Shown here: piece after piece, positions 1-14,795 of the stretch
Position numbering within the stretch: position 1 is the stretch's first letter
How the letters are laid out: each line of letters starts with the position of its first letter
Origin: Octopus sinensis
Lineage: Eukaryota
Assembly (NCBI RefSeq): GCF_006345805.1
Contig: NC_043008.1
Span: 20,274,001-20,338,000, forward strand
Length of the DNA stretch: 64,000 nucleotides
Direction: 5' to 3'
Notes under the pieces: model-generated
What the model was told of the DNA's origin: nothing
The model's input: only the letters and a program-made list of their open reading frames with translations
The model's database searches: none
Position numbers and translations under genes: made by a program

Positions 1-169
1 ATATTAAAAAATTCCTTCCTGAAATCATGTTACGCTTTAAACAGACCTTTTTGGAATCATGTCGGAAACGTACATAGGCACACAAATACATACATATACA
101 TACCGACACACACACACACACGGTCACACATAGACATATACCCACTTGCTTACCTACATATACATACCT

Positions 170-455
<286 letters not shown>

Positions 456-906
456 CTTAAAATATGTAACGTAAACGGAAGGAAGTGGATACCAATCACG
501 AATTCATGATAAAAAGAGAAAAAAATTGTTTTTTATCCTAGACATAATTACAAGATAAAAGCGTATAATTCTGTAAACAAAACAATACCCTCGCTTAGCG
601 GTCTACAAAACGGAAGTTATTTCAAAAGTAAACGGCCATATACACTCGGAGCTCATTATAGCAAAAGACACAGGATATTCTAAACAAAGACGAATTATCG
701 TAAATTTTCTATCTGATATACCTCGGGGTAGATTCACTACATGAAAACGGTAAACAATCTCTTATGTAAAATTGAGAAACGGTAGTCACATACTTACGCA
801 CCTACGCGCTCACACACACACTCACACACACACACACACACGTGTATGTATACTACAATTGGAGAGAGAGGAGGCAGATAGACGATAGATATACTTACAT
901 ATAGAT

Positions 907-953
<47 letters not shown>

Positions 954-1071
954 TGTGTGTGTGTGTGCGTGTGTGTGTGTGTATGTGTGTGTATATACAT
1001 TCATTTATTCTTTTATACGCTTCAGCCCTAAAGCTGCTCTCTTGTTGGCGTACTGTGTGTGTGTATGTATG

Positions 1072-1126
<55 letters not shown>

Positions 1127-1410
1127 ATGTGTGCGTGTGTGTGTATGTGTGTAGGTGTCTGTGTCTCTAGTTGTGTGTGTATGTATGTATGTATGCATGT
1201 ATGCATAACATCACTGAGGCTATATAAGTATATACAACTAAATGTAAGCTGGTTAAATATTCGAGGAGTGTATTTTCCGCACATGATATACAAGAAGGCC
1301 AATTAAAGCTAAATATAACTCCAGACGGATTATGAAATATATAAACAGAACTAAATATCTGAATATCATGGAAATATATATGTGTGTGTATGTGTGTGTA
1401 TGTGGATGTG

Positions 1411-1441
<31 letters not shown>

Positions 1442-1496
1442 ATGTATATGTAAATACATACACACACACACAGACATATATATATATATATATATA

Positions 1497-3375
1497 CTAG
1501 CAGAGAGACACCCGGCGTTGCCTGTGTCACATGGGATTGAAGAATTAGACATTTCTTTTATATTTCCTCTAATGAAATGGAGTACATATGTGCCTCCAAA
1601 CTTGGAAATTAAGAATTTTAATGGGGTTTTTTTTCCCTCTTTACACACCCTGACAAAAATTCTAATCATGATATATTTATCCCATACAACCCATCTTTAT
1701 GCCCAGTTTCCAAATTCCAAATGTTATAAAACCTATTCAAATGTTTTTGCTCCTGAAAAATGGAGCGCATAGGAAACATGGAGATCTTATTAAGTTAAGG
1801 CTTCTATAAGGGGCCTCTTAAAGTCAACCAGAGAAATTGGATTGTTGGGAACATTTTCAGCTTGTGTTTTATATTTGTTGTGCAAATTTCTGTGAAATTG
1901 GAAATACATGAATTTTTACTTGGTTTGTAAAAGAGAGCAAAGCTGTAGGAAACCAAAAGACGAATGATCACAATAAGCAGTCAGCTACCCTACCCTAGGC
2001 GTTACCACTCAGCAGTGGAGTAGTCTTCACCATACAGGTGACCGCCAGAGCTGTAAGATGCATTACGGTTCTATAGCAATTGGAAGGGTGTGGCCCAACT
2101 CAATTGAACATTAACAACTGTGTGATATGAGGGCTAAGGAGAAATGAAAATGTCACCTATAGGTAATTTAACAGAATATAATTGCAATCTATAAATCTCT
2201 TTGAGTGACCAATCATTTATCTGGAAAGGCTTTGGAATGATAGCATCTGGGGACTATCTCTGATCCAGTGATAATAAAAAGACTCAAAGGAGGTCTGCAA
2301 CAAAATAACTTTACTCAAAATAACACTTTGCAACTGAATCAGTGAAGGAAAAGATGACGCACGTTCACTTGGCAATTTATGCACAACATTACAGAAATCA
2401 TAATCTAAGTACATCTCAAATCAAACACCGTTGTACCACTGAATTACAAATAACGCTTATCTTGTATTCTTTGGTGTCCCTAAAGCTTCCAAGACTACAG
2501 TTGTATTCGTCTTGGCTTAGGAAAAATGACTAGATTGTGGGGGTTAAGCTCTTATTAAGGGGTTTTACTAACCGCCTAAGAAGTTGATATTTTAGTAATA
2601 TTACTTCATTTGTGTCTAATGTCTATGGTTAAAATGTCATAAAGAGAAAAATATATGAATTTTATGGGGTTTATGGCCTCATTTATGCCCCCTCACTTTC
2701 AAACTTATACTGCATTACATCTGCCCTTATGCATAGTATATGATTTCTGAATTTCATAAAGATCCTTTCAGTAATTTTGGCATTCTTTTGGATCATAAAA
2801 ATGACTAAAATTTGGGAGTTAATGTCCTTAGAATCCTCATGAGAAGCGGAAACTTTGAGAATACTTCTTGATTTTTGTAAATTATCTATTTGAAATTTCA
2901 TCAATATCGGAAATTTATGAATTTTTGTGGAGGTTCTGCCCCCTTCTGCCCCCTCAAATTCAAATCTTACACACTGCATTAGACCCGCCCTTATGCATTG
3001 AATCTAAGTTTCAAATATCATAAGGATCCATGCAGTAATTTTGGTCCATGAAAACTGACTAAAGTTGGGGGCTTAGCACTTATTAGGGTGTCTTAGTATC
3101 ATCAAAAAAGAAACGGAAATTTGGGATATATTTTTTAATTTATTTCTAAAACATATGGTTCAAATTTCATCAAAATACGAAGCATATGAATGTTTACGGG
3201 GGCATCTGCCCCCTTTTATGCCCATTCAGAATTGTATGAAACGTACGGCATTACTCGTATCCCTAGGCTTGGATGTTGTGTTCCAAATTTCACTAGGTTC
3301 TGTCTAGTAGTTTTTGAGTCTATAAGCAACACATGAACACACGAACACAGATATTGACTTTATATATATATATAT
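1497..3375 (-). mobile_element. Non-autonomous Helitron-like element with internal subrepeats
   Basis: On the minus strand the 3' end reads ...CTAG|T (ctag at 1497-1500), preceded by a GC-rich hairpin (cccggcgttgcctg, 1511-1524). The other end merges into ttgactttatatata. Degenerate internal repeats start near 2520, 2800 and 3055. Both ends lie in (TA)n. Confidence 0.7.
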
Positions 3376-3559
3376 ATATATATACATATATCTATACATA
3401 CTCACACTCACAGTCACATACACACACACACACACATATGTATATGTATATAAACATTTTGATCACAGCTTATCTGTATACTAAAATGGAAGTGGCTGAC
3501 ACATCTAGAACGGAGCAGTAAATTTGGAAAACTATTTCTTTCATTAAAATTTGATCCCC

Positions 3560-4501
3560 AAAATCAACGTCAATATTAAATCATGTAACTGAATTTGTGC
3601 AACTATAAATATAGCAATAGATTCGAATAAACATTGTGCAATAATATTAAATATGAAGTGCAGACCGAATGTATCTAAAATAAATAGGAGCTTGTGTGTT
3701 GTAAAATATACATAGTTTATAACCTTCAGAATAATTATTGGCCCTGGGTTACAGATGTATATAGATGTATTGTCATAGGAATTTCCTTCCCCGGTAGAAA
3801 TTAAATTGGAGGTGTTTGCAATATACCGGTTTATATACAATCATAGATGATGTAAATCAGAGAAAGGTATTATCGTAAATAAATACCGAATCTAAAATTT
3901 GAAACAAATCTCTCAGATGGTAAACTGTTGACGAAAAAAATTTCGAAGGCTTTAGAGTTAAAACCTGAAATTCTGTAATGTTTGCGATATAAATGGAAAT
4001 AACCATTAAAAAAATGAGAAATCCTGTTCAAGAAAAAATTGAGACTACTCAATAGATTTCTGTAAATGTAGAGGGATCTGATAACGTAAAATGATGAAGT
4101 AAAAATCGTACAGAAATGTTTTTTTACAAATTTTACATATCAGGTCTTACAGCTGTTTCAAGGATATTTATTATACTCTTCATCGGAGATGGTGTGAAAA
4201 AATGGTTGAGTAACAGTTAGTTAATTTAGATATTAACTAACTATTGCTTAACCATTTTCTCACACCGTCTCCGATGAAGGGATATAATAAATATCGTGGA
4301 AGCTGCTGTAAGATATTGTATTTATAAATATTCACAGCCTCCGTATTTTATCTCATTTGAAAAAAAAAATTATATATGAACTACGCTGATATATGACCTA
4401 GGTTGGACTCCTTATTCGCATAATCACCGAACTTAGTATACAAAAATCTTTTTGTAATCCTTTGGCTGCTATTTCTAAAATTTTCGGTATGTGGTCAAGC
4501 A
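3560..4501 (+). mobile_element. Decayed PLE 3' remnant with a fold-back hammerhead-bearing terminal region
   Basis: Inverted repeat 4145-4225/4232-4313 carries a hammerhead-like motif, and the tail ends at (TA)n at 4502. The upstream 3560-3900 translates only weakly like a GIY-YIG C-terminus. Confidence 0.5.
4144..4190 (-). ncRNA. Minimal type I hammerhead ribozyme-like motif, CCGAUGA core
   Basis: Reverse complement reads TCT-CCGATGA-AGAGTATAATAAATATCCTT-GAAA-CAGCTG-TA-AGA: short stem I, stem II, GAAA, palindromic stem III, GUA site. A more decayed mirror copy is on + at 4267-4314. Confidence 0.6.
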
Positions 4502-4513
4502 ATATATATATAT

Positions 4514-4554
<41 letters not shown>

Positions 4555-4560
4555 TATATA

Positions 4561-4638
<78 letters not shown>

Positions 4639-4990
4639 ATGTATGTTATGTATGTATATGTATGTGTATATGTATCCATGCATCTATCATTTTACGTGTG
4701 TGACCGCATGTGTGAGTGTATATGTCTATGTGTAAGGAGGAGAGATGAGAAGGAAATTATTGTCATTTAAACCTCGTTCCTTTAGAGTGTAAACATAGTT
4801 GAGCGCCTCAATAATACCTTACAGCTTCAGCGGAGTCTCGAACATAAAGTGCAATCCGTTTAGGAAAGATTTACTTTTGTGCATATACAGAGAACGGCAT
4901 CAACAAAATTTGTGCGCGCGTGTGTGTATGTGTGTGTGTGTATGTGTGTGTATGTGTATGTGTGTGTGTGTGAGTGTGTGTGTGAATATA

Positions 4991-5390
4991 TACTCTTTTA
5001 CTTGTTTCAGTCATTTGACTGCGGCCATGCTGGAGCACCGCCTTTAATCGAGCAACTCGACCCCGGGACTTATTCTTTTGTAAGCCCAGTACTTATTCTA
5101 TCAGTCTCTTTTGCCGAACCGCTAATTAACGGGGACATAAACACACCAGCATCGGTTGTCAAGTAATGCTAGGGGGACAAACACAGTCACACAAACACAC
5201 ACACGCATATATATATATACATATATACGACGGGCTTCTTTCAGTATCCGTCTACCAAATCTACTCACAAGGCTTTGGTCGGCCCGAGGCTATAGTAGAA
5301 GACACTTGCCCAAGATGCCACGCAGTGGGATTGAACCCGGAACTATGTGGCTGGTAAACAAGCTACTTACCACACAGCCACTCCTGCGCC
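4991..5390 (-). mobile_element. tRNA-derived SINE family A, full length
   Basis: Head ggcgcaggagtggctgtgtggtaag...ggttcaatccc (Pol III A/B-box-like) and tail ...gactgaaacaagtaaaagagta. Near-identical to the copies at 32826 and 58291. Confidence 0.9.
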
Positions 5391-6025
5391 TATATATGAA
5401 TATTACAATTATAATCCTTTGCATAATTGTATATAAATACACAAAACATTATATCCACTTCCACGCACAAACATATACAATTATATGTACATACAAAAAA
5501 AACACACTGTAACAAACATATTTTTGGACGAATGTCGATTTATTATAGAAAAATGAAAGCATATGAGGGCGTCTAAATTATTCTGTTCAATTTTAATAAT
5601 AAAAAAAATGTCCGATATAGCTGCTTAGTTAAACAATTAAACGATCGTTAAAACTGAATTAAATAATGGTTATTGACATTGTGATGACTAAACTTAAAAT
5701 AGGCTTCACACGATCATTAAATTTTATCGTATTTATATTATATTGAAAGAGTTCATTGTATGTAAAAAAGAATTTAATGAAGGTAATTAATATTTAATAG
5801 GCAATGATTATCGCAAAACATATTTTCTTGAGCTATAAACAAAAGGCATACAGAAAAACACATGAATATATGTGTGTGCATATGTATGTATATATAGTAT
5901 ATTTATACTAATATATATAGGATAAGTCCCTTACTCTACAGCAAAGGAATTCATCAGGAAGCGTGGGCAGTATATTTAAAAAAACCGTTCCGGTTGCAAT
6001 ATACATCATATAATTATATATATAA

Positions 6026-6067
<42 letters not shown>

Positions 6068-6096
6068 ATATATCTACATATATACATATATACATC

Positions 6097-6127
<31 letters not shown>

Positions 6128-6207
6128 TAAATTAATGTTTGCTTCCATCTATCTATCAGTCTGTCTATCTCTCTCTAAATAAATATGTATATACTCGTAT
6201 ATATACA

Positions 6208-6244
<37 letters not shown>

Positions 6245-6303
6245 GGTCTGTCTGTGTGTATGTATATTCTATATGTGATATATAATATATATATATATTA
6301 TAC

Positions 6304-6344
<41 letters not shown>

Positions 6345-6476
6345 CATATACGTGCGTGTATGTGTGTGTTTGTAGGTGTGCGCACATGTATTATAAATGT
6401 ATGTATATCTATCTATCTTCTGTCTGTCTATCTATCTATTTCTTTCTCTCTCTCTCCTCTCTCTCTCTCTCCTCTC

Positions 6477-7219
<743 letters not shown>

Positions 7220-7514
7220 TATGAACTTGTGTGTGTGTGAGTGTTATATAGGTCGGTATGTAAATATGCATATAAGTACCTGGGTGTTTGCATGGTTGTC
7301 TGAATACGATGGGTAGTTCAATGCTTGCTTACAATATGCTCCATTCCTTCGAAGAGAAATATGCGATGGATATTTTGACGTCATACGCATCTCACGTTTT
7401 ATATAGATGCAACAATGCTTCTTCTATCATCAGACGTTGAGTTAATTTACATATTGACGTTTGTAGGGATTATTATAGAAAATGTAAAGTCATGAGAAGC
7501 AAATATATGTTGTC

Positions 7515-7720
7515 CTTTATTTGTTCTAGTCATGGCACTGCCTGTTTGCTGAGGCTCGACTTTCAAGGATATTAGGTGAAGAAATCGGTCGCTGTACTTA
7601 TATTTTAGAGAACTTGAAACTTATTCTATCTCTCTATATTACTGAACCATTAAGTTACGGGAATGTAAGGAAATCAAAACCGCTTTTCAAGCTGTGTGGG
7701 GACATAAACTGGTGGAAACA
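7515..7720 (-). mobile_element. Old SINE family A 3' fragment
   Basis: Degenerate match to the family A tail (cttattctatc...ctgaacc..taagttacggg). Confidence 0.6.
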
Positions 7721-7793
7721 CACATATATATATTTATGAGTTTGTCTTCCAAAATTCACAATGTGAAACTGCATGTTGAAATGGATATTTTTC

Positions 7794-7851
<58 letters not shown>

Positions 7852-8408
7852 GGACGTCAACCAAATTCATTCATAAAGCATTGGTCGCCTCGCCGATATA
7901 GAAGACGCTTGCGAAATGTGCCGCTCAATTTGACTGACACCAATTCCATGGGCTGAGCAAAAGCTCTTCTTATTGCACGGTCACTCCTGTGTCTATATGA
8001 TATTTCTAATATAAAGTAAGAATCAAAATAATGAGAAAAGGTGAAAAGGTAAAAACGGAGGAGCGAGAAAGAAGCACTGAAAAACAATAATGAAATGTTT
8101 CCATTGTTTGGTAAATTCTGGAAAGTATATAACAATATCTAGCTTAATATATTTATCTAAATATCCTCTCTTTCAGGCTGGTGATATTTGAATTTATTCT
8201 GTTTTGTTTCTATAGAGACAAAACGAAATAGTATATGAGTCTTGAAAAATGTAACGCTTTAGGAGTTAACATTTAAGCACGCAAGCGCACACAGGCAAAT
8301 TCTAATTCATGCGCACACATACATGGGAGTATTCTTCTGTATTCACCTATATATATGTGTGCATATTATATACACATATTTAAATGCAATCACGCACAAA
8401 CACACACA

Positions 8409-8443
<35 letters not shown>

Positions 8444-8742
8444 TTATAAATATACCAGTACGTTTCCTTAATGTCATGTACACTTTGGTTAATTCTTCAG
8501 TCGAGCGATCATCTCACCTTCTTATGAGGATCTGCTTTTCATTGGCATTTGGTTATCATGTCATGTCTTCCAGAGATCATTGTAATAAATTGGACATTTC
8601 TGTTGTATGATATTTGTCATTTATGTATTTGCCCAAGTGTCCGAATAAATGCTACAGGTCACTCGAGTTATTTTTCTAAATATTTTTTTTGTTATATAAA
8701 AATATATATATATAATATACATATATATATATATAATAATAT

Positions 8743-8819
<77 letters not shown>

Positions 8820-8837
8820 TTATATATAATATACATA

Positions 8838-8940
8838 AATAAGGGTGAAAGATAATTAATTTAATAAAATCAAAAAATTTCACCTAGTAGTATTTCGGTA
8901 TGGAAAAGGACCATCTTCGGTAAAAACTTATACAGAATTT
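8838..8940 (-). mobile_element. Short PLE-like terminal fragment with degenerate hammerhead-like motif
   Basis: Reverse complement reads ttttaCCGAAGAtggtccttttccataccGAAAtactactaggtgaaa...tcacccttattt, then (TA)n. Confidence 0.4.
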
Positions 8941-8954
8941 TTTAATATATAGAT

Positions 8955-9106
<152 letters not shown>

Positions 9107-9116
9107 TATATATAAT

Positions 9117-9395
9117 AAAATACAAAAGAGTGAAAAAACTACAGGAGGCTTGTTTTTAAAAGGTTAAAGAATATATCTAATTCGTTATGTTAGAAAAATG
9201 TTATAAAATTTTGTGTATAGTAACATACTTTTGGAAGAAATAACCGGTTTTGTGTAAACTTTTCAAATTTCTCAAATTTCTAACATAACGACTTAAATAT
9301 ATTCTTTAACCTTATAAAACAAGCCTTCTGTAGTTTTTTACTCTTTTCTATTTTTTATACATCCAACCACGTGCTTTCACACACCAACTTTCTCA

Positions 9396-9398
<3 letters not shown>
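9117..9398 (+). mobile_element. Fold-back element between (TA)n tracts
   Basis: Arms ~9117-9199 and ~9277-9356 are reverse complements (aaaactacaggaggcttgtttt / aaaacaagccttctgtagtttt). A short tail ends ctcacc, then (TA)n. Confidence 0.7.
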
Positions 9399-9436
<38 letters not shown>

Positions 9437-9917
9437 GCATGCATGTATGCGAGTTTGTGTGTGTGTATGTGTGTGTGTGTGTGAGAGAGAGCGTGCATCT
9501 GTATCTGGACTTCAAAGTCTAGAGTTATTTAAGAAAAATTCAGAGAGTGAAAATAATATATCAAAATATGTTACTTCAGTTAGATCGGCAACTCTTTGTG
9601 TTATGAGAGAAACAGCAGTTCAACATCACAACAAATTATCAAGTTAATAATAGTTATAACAATAAAGCATGAAATAATCATAGCTAACTATGAGAAACAA
9701 AACAAGAATATCTCAACGGGCCAACCGTAACTCAAAACGATTTGAGATATATGGAAAAATATAGAAAAGTCAGAAACAATTTAACGATTTTATTAATTCT
9801 GTGTTTGTGAAAATTCCCAGAAGAGAGTTTGGAAATGAATTTATAGAAAAAGGAACGATATTACAACAACGATATAAAAAGTAAAATATAACCGTGTGAA
9901 AAGTATTCTACTTGTGA

Positions 9918-10079
9918 ATTTAAAGCCAACGTGTAGTGCAAGTAACGTATATATATATACATACATATATATAATATATATATATATATGTGTGTATATA
10001 TATATAATATATATATATATATAATATATATATATTATATATATATATACATTACTTGCACTACATGTTGGGTTTAAAT
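9918..10079. repeat. Inverted repeat (~32 bp arms) enclosing a (TA)n tract
   Basis: atttaaagccaacgtgtagtgcaagtaacgtat versus atacattacttgcactacatgttgggtttaaat. Confidence 0.8.
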
Positions 10080-10103
10080 ATATATATATATATATATATG
10101 TAG

Positions 10104-10141
<38 letters not shown>

Positions 10142-10167
10142 GTAATATATATATATACATATATATG

Positions 10168-10217
<50 letters not shown>

Positions 10218-10493
10218 AAGGTGCTAGGTTGCGTTATTATATTCTAGACAACGCTATTTATGTCCCGATAGAACAGAAAAAAAATTGATATTGAAGTTTA
10301 TGTGCAGTGAAATATACATAAAGAAAGGCTTGAGTTTTAAATTTCAGAAAAAAAAAACAAACAAAAGTCCATAAATACAGATATCAAGTAAAATAGATAA
10401 TCAAATATTGATTTGTTTCTAGGCGAAGATGAAATATGGGAAATACGTGTTATACAACTTTGGCTGTGACTCCAGTTTTGTCTGTCTGTCTCT

Positions 10494-10558
<65 letters not shown>

Positions 10559-10589
10559 GACCTCACTTTCACCCTCCCTCTTGTTATAG

Positions 10590-10630
<41 letters not shown>

Positions 10631-11063
10631 CACGTATAGACAACGTGTGTCTATACGTGTTTTTCGATACGTGTTTAATATATTATGTATCATATAAGTG
10701 TGTTTGATAACATATATATGCATGTATATATGTGTGCATCTATCTACATATATATATATGTGTGTCTGTGTGTGTCTGTGTGTATATAATGGAGAAAATA
10801 TAAAGAAAGTATAAATAGATGATGTGTGTGTGTGCGTATGTGTGAGTATGTGTGGGTGTGTGTTTGGGTGTGTGAGCATAAATATTTATACATTTCCATG
10901 CTAGAGTCAATTAATGTCGTGGAAATTAATACAACAGAGTACGAAAAGGGTTAATACAAATTCACAATCAGGAAAATAGTAAAAAAAAAAACATCTACAT
11001 AGGTCTGCAATAGAACTCACTGAACAAAGCATCTTTTATATTTGCTAAGTGTTAATTAAATAA

Positions 11064-11274
11064 TAAATGCGCCCTTTTCAAACCTAGCCATGCTTACGGG
11101 CCGATTTCCCTGTTTTTATGGCGTATGTGTTCCCCAGGTGCACGGGACGCCAGTCCATCGCAGCGTTACTCATTTTTGCCAGTTGAGTGGACTGGAGCAA
11201 CGTGAAATGAAGTGTTTTTCTCAAGAAAACAACGCGCTCTTGATGCTGACACCCTAACCACTAAGCCACGCACC
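11064..11274 (-). mobile_element. tRNA-derived SINE family B (internally deleted)
   Basis: Reverse complement matches the 14402-14648 copy (cacttcatttcacgttgctccagtccactca...gatggactggcgtcccgt). Confidence 0.85.
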
Positions 11275-12378
11275 TAAATGCTAATTACTGGAGATAAATA
11301 TCATTTTAAAGGCTCAAACTTTTTATATTCTGAACCATTAGGGATCCGTAGATCTAAAGGAAATTCAAAATACAGGCTGGCTGAAAAAAAGAAACAGAAC
11401 ATAAATTTAAAAAGAGAGAAAATAAAAAGGAATGGAATCAAATGAGATTATATAGAGATGTCTTCATTCTTTGGTTACTTTTGCTGTAAAGTGAGTATGT
11501 GTCATATAATTGTCACATATTTGGCATTTATACGAAAGAATCTATACTAAATCTGCTCTTTCCATACATACACACACACATACATACATACATACATATA
11601 TACACACATTTTTATATATATATATATATATACATACATACATATATACATATATATATATATACACACATGCATATATATATATGTGTGTGTGTGTGTA
11701 TGTGTATGTGTGTGTATGTGTGTGTATGTCTGTGTCTGTGTGTGTATACATATATATATTATATATATATATATATTTATGTATGTACGTATACACCACA
11801 CACATATATATATATATATATATATTTCTGTATGTATGTATACATATATATATGATATATATATATATATATATATAGACAAATACAAAAATGTGTGTGG
11901 CGGGGGGTCTCCCAATTTTTACGTATTCTCTCCCAGAGGCTAATAAGCAAATAAATAAGCAGAAATGTGTTATTAAAGAAGACAACTGTGCAAGTTATTA
12001 TCTCACTGTTATAAAACACTAAGTGAAAAAAGTGATTTCCTTTGTAATTTAATACACAGGAAATGAAGTACTGAGAATGTTAGAAATAAATGAAACCATG
12101 TTAGAGATTTTCCTATTAACTCTTTAAATATTATGCATCCCATCTATATTTAGGCATAATTATTCCATTACATTTAAGGTAATTTCGATCTTATTGATGA
12201 ATATGTGTGAATGCTGTATCAGTGAAATTTCGCAGCATTTCGAAAGATGTAGTTTAAGTAATTAATCCCAAGACGTAATCCATGTTTCTTATCCCATGCT
12301 GCATTCCTAATAATCACTTCCATTTTTCAAATACTCATAAATGAGGACCTTCCATTTCAGTGCTTCGTAATATCTGAT

Positions 12379-12683
12379 ATTGTTGTTGATGTTTGTTCCT
12401 TCTCAAGCTACGCCTGGCTCATAGGGCCGGCTTTCCGGTTACTTTGGCGTATAGGTTCCACACCTGGACGGGACGCCGGTCCGTCGCAGGTGAGCTGCAA
12501 GATGCAGGAGGAACGAGTGAGAGAAAGTTGTGGCAAAAGGGACAGCAGAATTTCGCCGTTAATTTCTGCCGGAGCCGCGTGGAGCTTAGGTGTTTCGCTC
12601 ATAAACACACACATCGCCCGGTCTGAGATTCGAACCCTCGATCCCTCGACCGCTGCTCTAACCACTAGGCCATGTGCCTCCAC
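12379..12683 (-). mobile_element. SINE family B-related copy with 10-bp target site duplication
   Basis: Head ggaggcacatggcctagtggttag, (ACA)n-like tail, and flanking direct repeat AATATCTGAT at 12369-12378 and 12684-12693. Confidence 0.8.
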
Positions 12684-13016
12684 AATATCTGATGTTCATA
12701 ACTAATATTTGTTATTTAACTGAATTTAAATGGAGATTGTAAATCTTTTAATACGGTTTTTAATTATGATTCCTGTGTTCATATTACACTGAAACTTTAA
12801 TAGTAGCAGTTAAGTTTTAATAATATTATCTATACCTGCTCTAAAAATTAGCATTAATTATAACTTAAAACATCATAATTTACTGATAAAGGCATTTTTT
12901 CAATGAATCTACAGTGGTTTATAAATAAGAGATATATTTACATTCATGTGTCAATATTTTGAATATTCTCAATTAAAATAATGTTGCATATTGCATGATC
13001 AAAGTGATTCTAGTCA

Positions 13017-13430
13017 AGGCGGCGAGCTAGCAGAAACTTTAGCACACCGGGCGAAATGCGTAGCCGTATTTCGTCTGCCGATACGTTCTGAGTTCAAATT
13101 TCGCCGAGGTCGACTCAGCCTTTCATCCTTAAGGGGTCGATAAATTAAGTACCAGTAACATGTAATCGACTTCATCCGTTTGTCTATCCTTGTTTGTTCC
13201 CCTTGTGTTTAGCCCCTTGTGGGTAGTAAAGAAACAGGTGCTTAACATTTCGTCTATCTTTACGTTCTGAGTTCAAATTCGGGCGGGGTGGATTTTGCCT
13301 TTCATCATTACGAGATCGATAAATTCTGTACCAGTTACGCACTGGGGTCGATATAATCGGCTTAATCCCTTTGCATATCCTTGTTTGTCCCCTCTATGTT
13401 TAGATTTTTATGGGCAATAAATAAATAAAA
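13017..13430 (+). mobile_element. SINE family C, tandem dimer
   Basis: Head aaggcggcgagctagcagaa...gagttcaaatt, with the body repeated from ~13240. Same family as 38090-38234 and 62194-62423. Confidence 0.85.
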
Positions 13431-13516
13431 AAAAATTTAGCACGCCCATCGAAGTGCTTTACGTTCCATCAGAAAGCAATATTTCTTTTATTATTGTGCC
13501 AAAGATCCTTTGAATA

Positions 13517-13748
13517 CAATAATCCCTCGTCTATCGCGGGTGTTACGTTCCAATACCTCATAAAGAAATAATTAAAATCTAGAAAAATGGAAATCCCTAT
13601 TGACTGCAGAAACCCAGATATACTGAGTCTGAGATATAAAGTTACATATATGAGGCAGAAATTTCCGCGATGTACTGAGTGCGCGATATGTGAGCCGCGA
13701 TGTACTGTGTGCTAGATACGTGAACCGTGATATAGCGAGGTATTACTG
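13517..13748. mobile_element. pogo/Tigger-type Tc1-mariner MITE
   Basis: TA|caataatccctcgtctatcgcgg...ccgtgatatagcgaggtattactg|TA: imperfect terminal inverted repeats with TA duplication, plus internal subterminal repeats. Confidence 0.7.
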
Positions 13749-14370
13749 TATATCAAAATGCAGTCTTTTGTACATTTACTTTTGTGTTTTCCATGATGCC
13801 TTGAAGCCTGTTAAACGTTTCACGTAACAATGCTCACAAACCTCAGTTTAACTATTTGGAATGTATCTTAATTAACCGCACTCTTCCACACATACAAACA
13901 CACTCGCAATCGGTAGTTTCCAGTATGTGATTGGCAAGTACTTTCCACTGAGCGATAAATGAATTAATTAGTTAATTAATCAAATACTAATATTCGGTAA
14001 TTCCATTATAAAATTAGAAAGGATTAATTGAATATACCAAGTATTTCACAAGACTGGCCACGGTATTAACATTAGTTACATATGACATGCGGTAAATAGA
14101 TGAAATAAAATGATAAGTATGAAAGATAGCTATTCAATCCAAGCCACAGTCGCAAGGCATTATATTTATTATTATAGAATGACGAACGCTACATCTAGCT
14201 TTTGTATGAGCTTTTTTCTCCTACGGCGTAATCCACGACTATTGAATAGAACGCCCTGCTGCTGAAACAAGCAAAGCATAGTTTGAGTGTGGATTTCATC
14301 CATTCTCATATCTTTTTTGTAAGTATACATATTTATATATGACTATCGATCTATCTGTCGAAATGTGTGC

Positions 14371-14401
<31 letters not shown>

Positions 14402-14648
14402 GTGGCACGTGGATTAGCGGTTAGGGTGTCAGTACCATGATCGTAAGACTGGTTTCGATTCCTGGACCGGGCGACGCGTTGTGTTCATCAGCAAAACACT
14501 TCATTTCACGTTGCTCCAGTCTACTCAGCAGGCAAAAATGAGTAAAGCTGCGATGGACTGGCGTCCCGTCCAGTTGGGGAACACATACGCCATAGAAACC
14601 TGGAAACCGAGCCCATGAGCCTTACTAGGCTTTAAAAGGGCGCATTTA
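14402..14648 (+). mobile_element. tRNA-derived SINE family B, full length
   Basis: gtggcacgtggattagcggttagggtgtc...ggtttcgattcc A/B-box-like head, body and tail aaaagggcgcattta. Confidence 0.88.
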
Positions 14649-14694
14649 TATATATATATATTTGTGTATACTTCAATACAGCAATATATATATA

Positions 14695-14743
<49 letters not shown>

Positions 14744-14795
14744 AATATATATATTATATATATATATGTATATTTTGTATAATGTATATATATAT

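Noticed and set aside
794-1772. Many 60-150 aa ORFs rich in YI/HT/CV repeats here and throughout the window
   Set aside because: They are translations of (TA)n/(CA)n microsatellites, not genes.
5926-5960. Minus-strand CTGATGA followed by a ~9-bp stem
   Set aside because: No GAAA or stem III follows; at best a truncated hammerhead.
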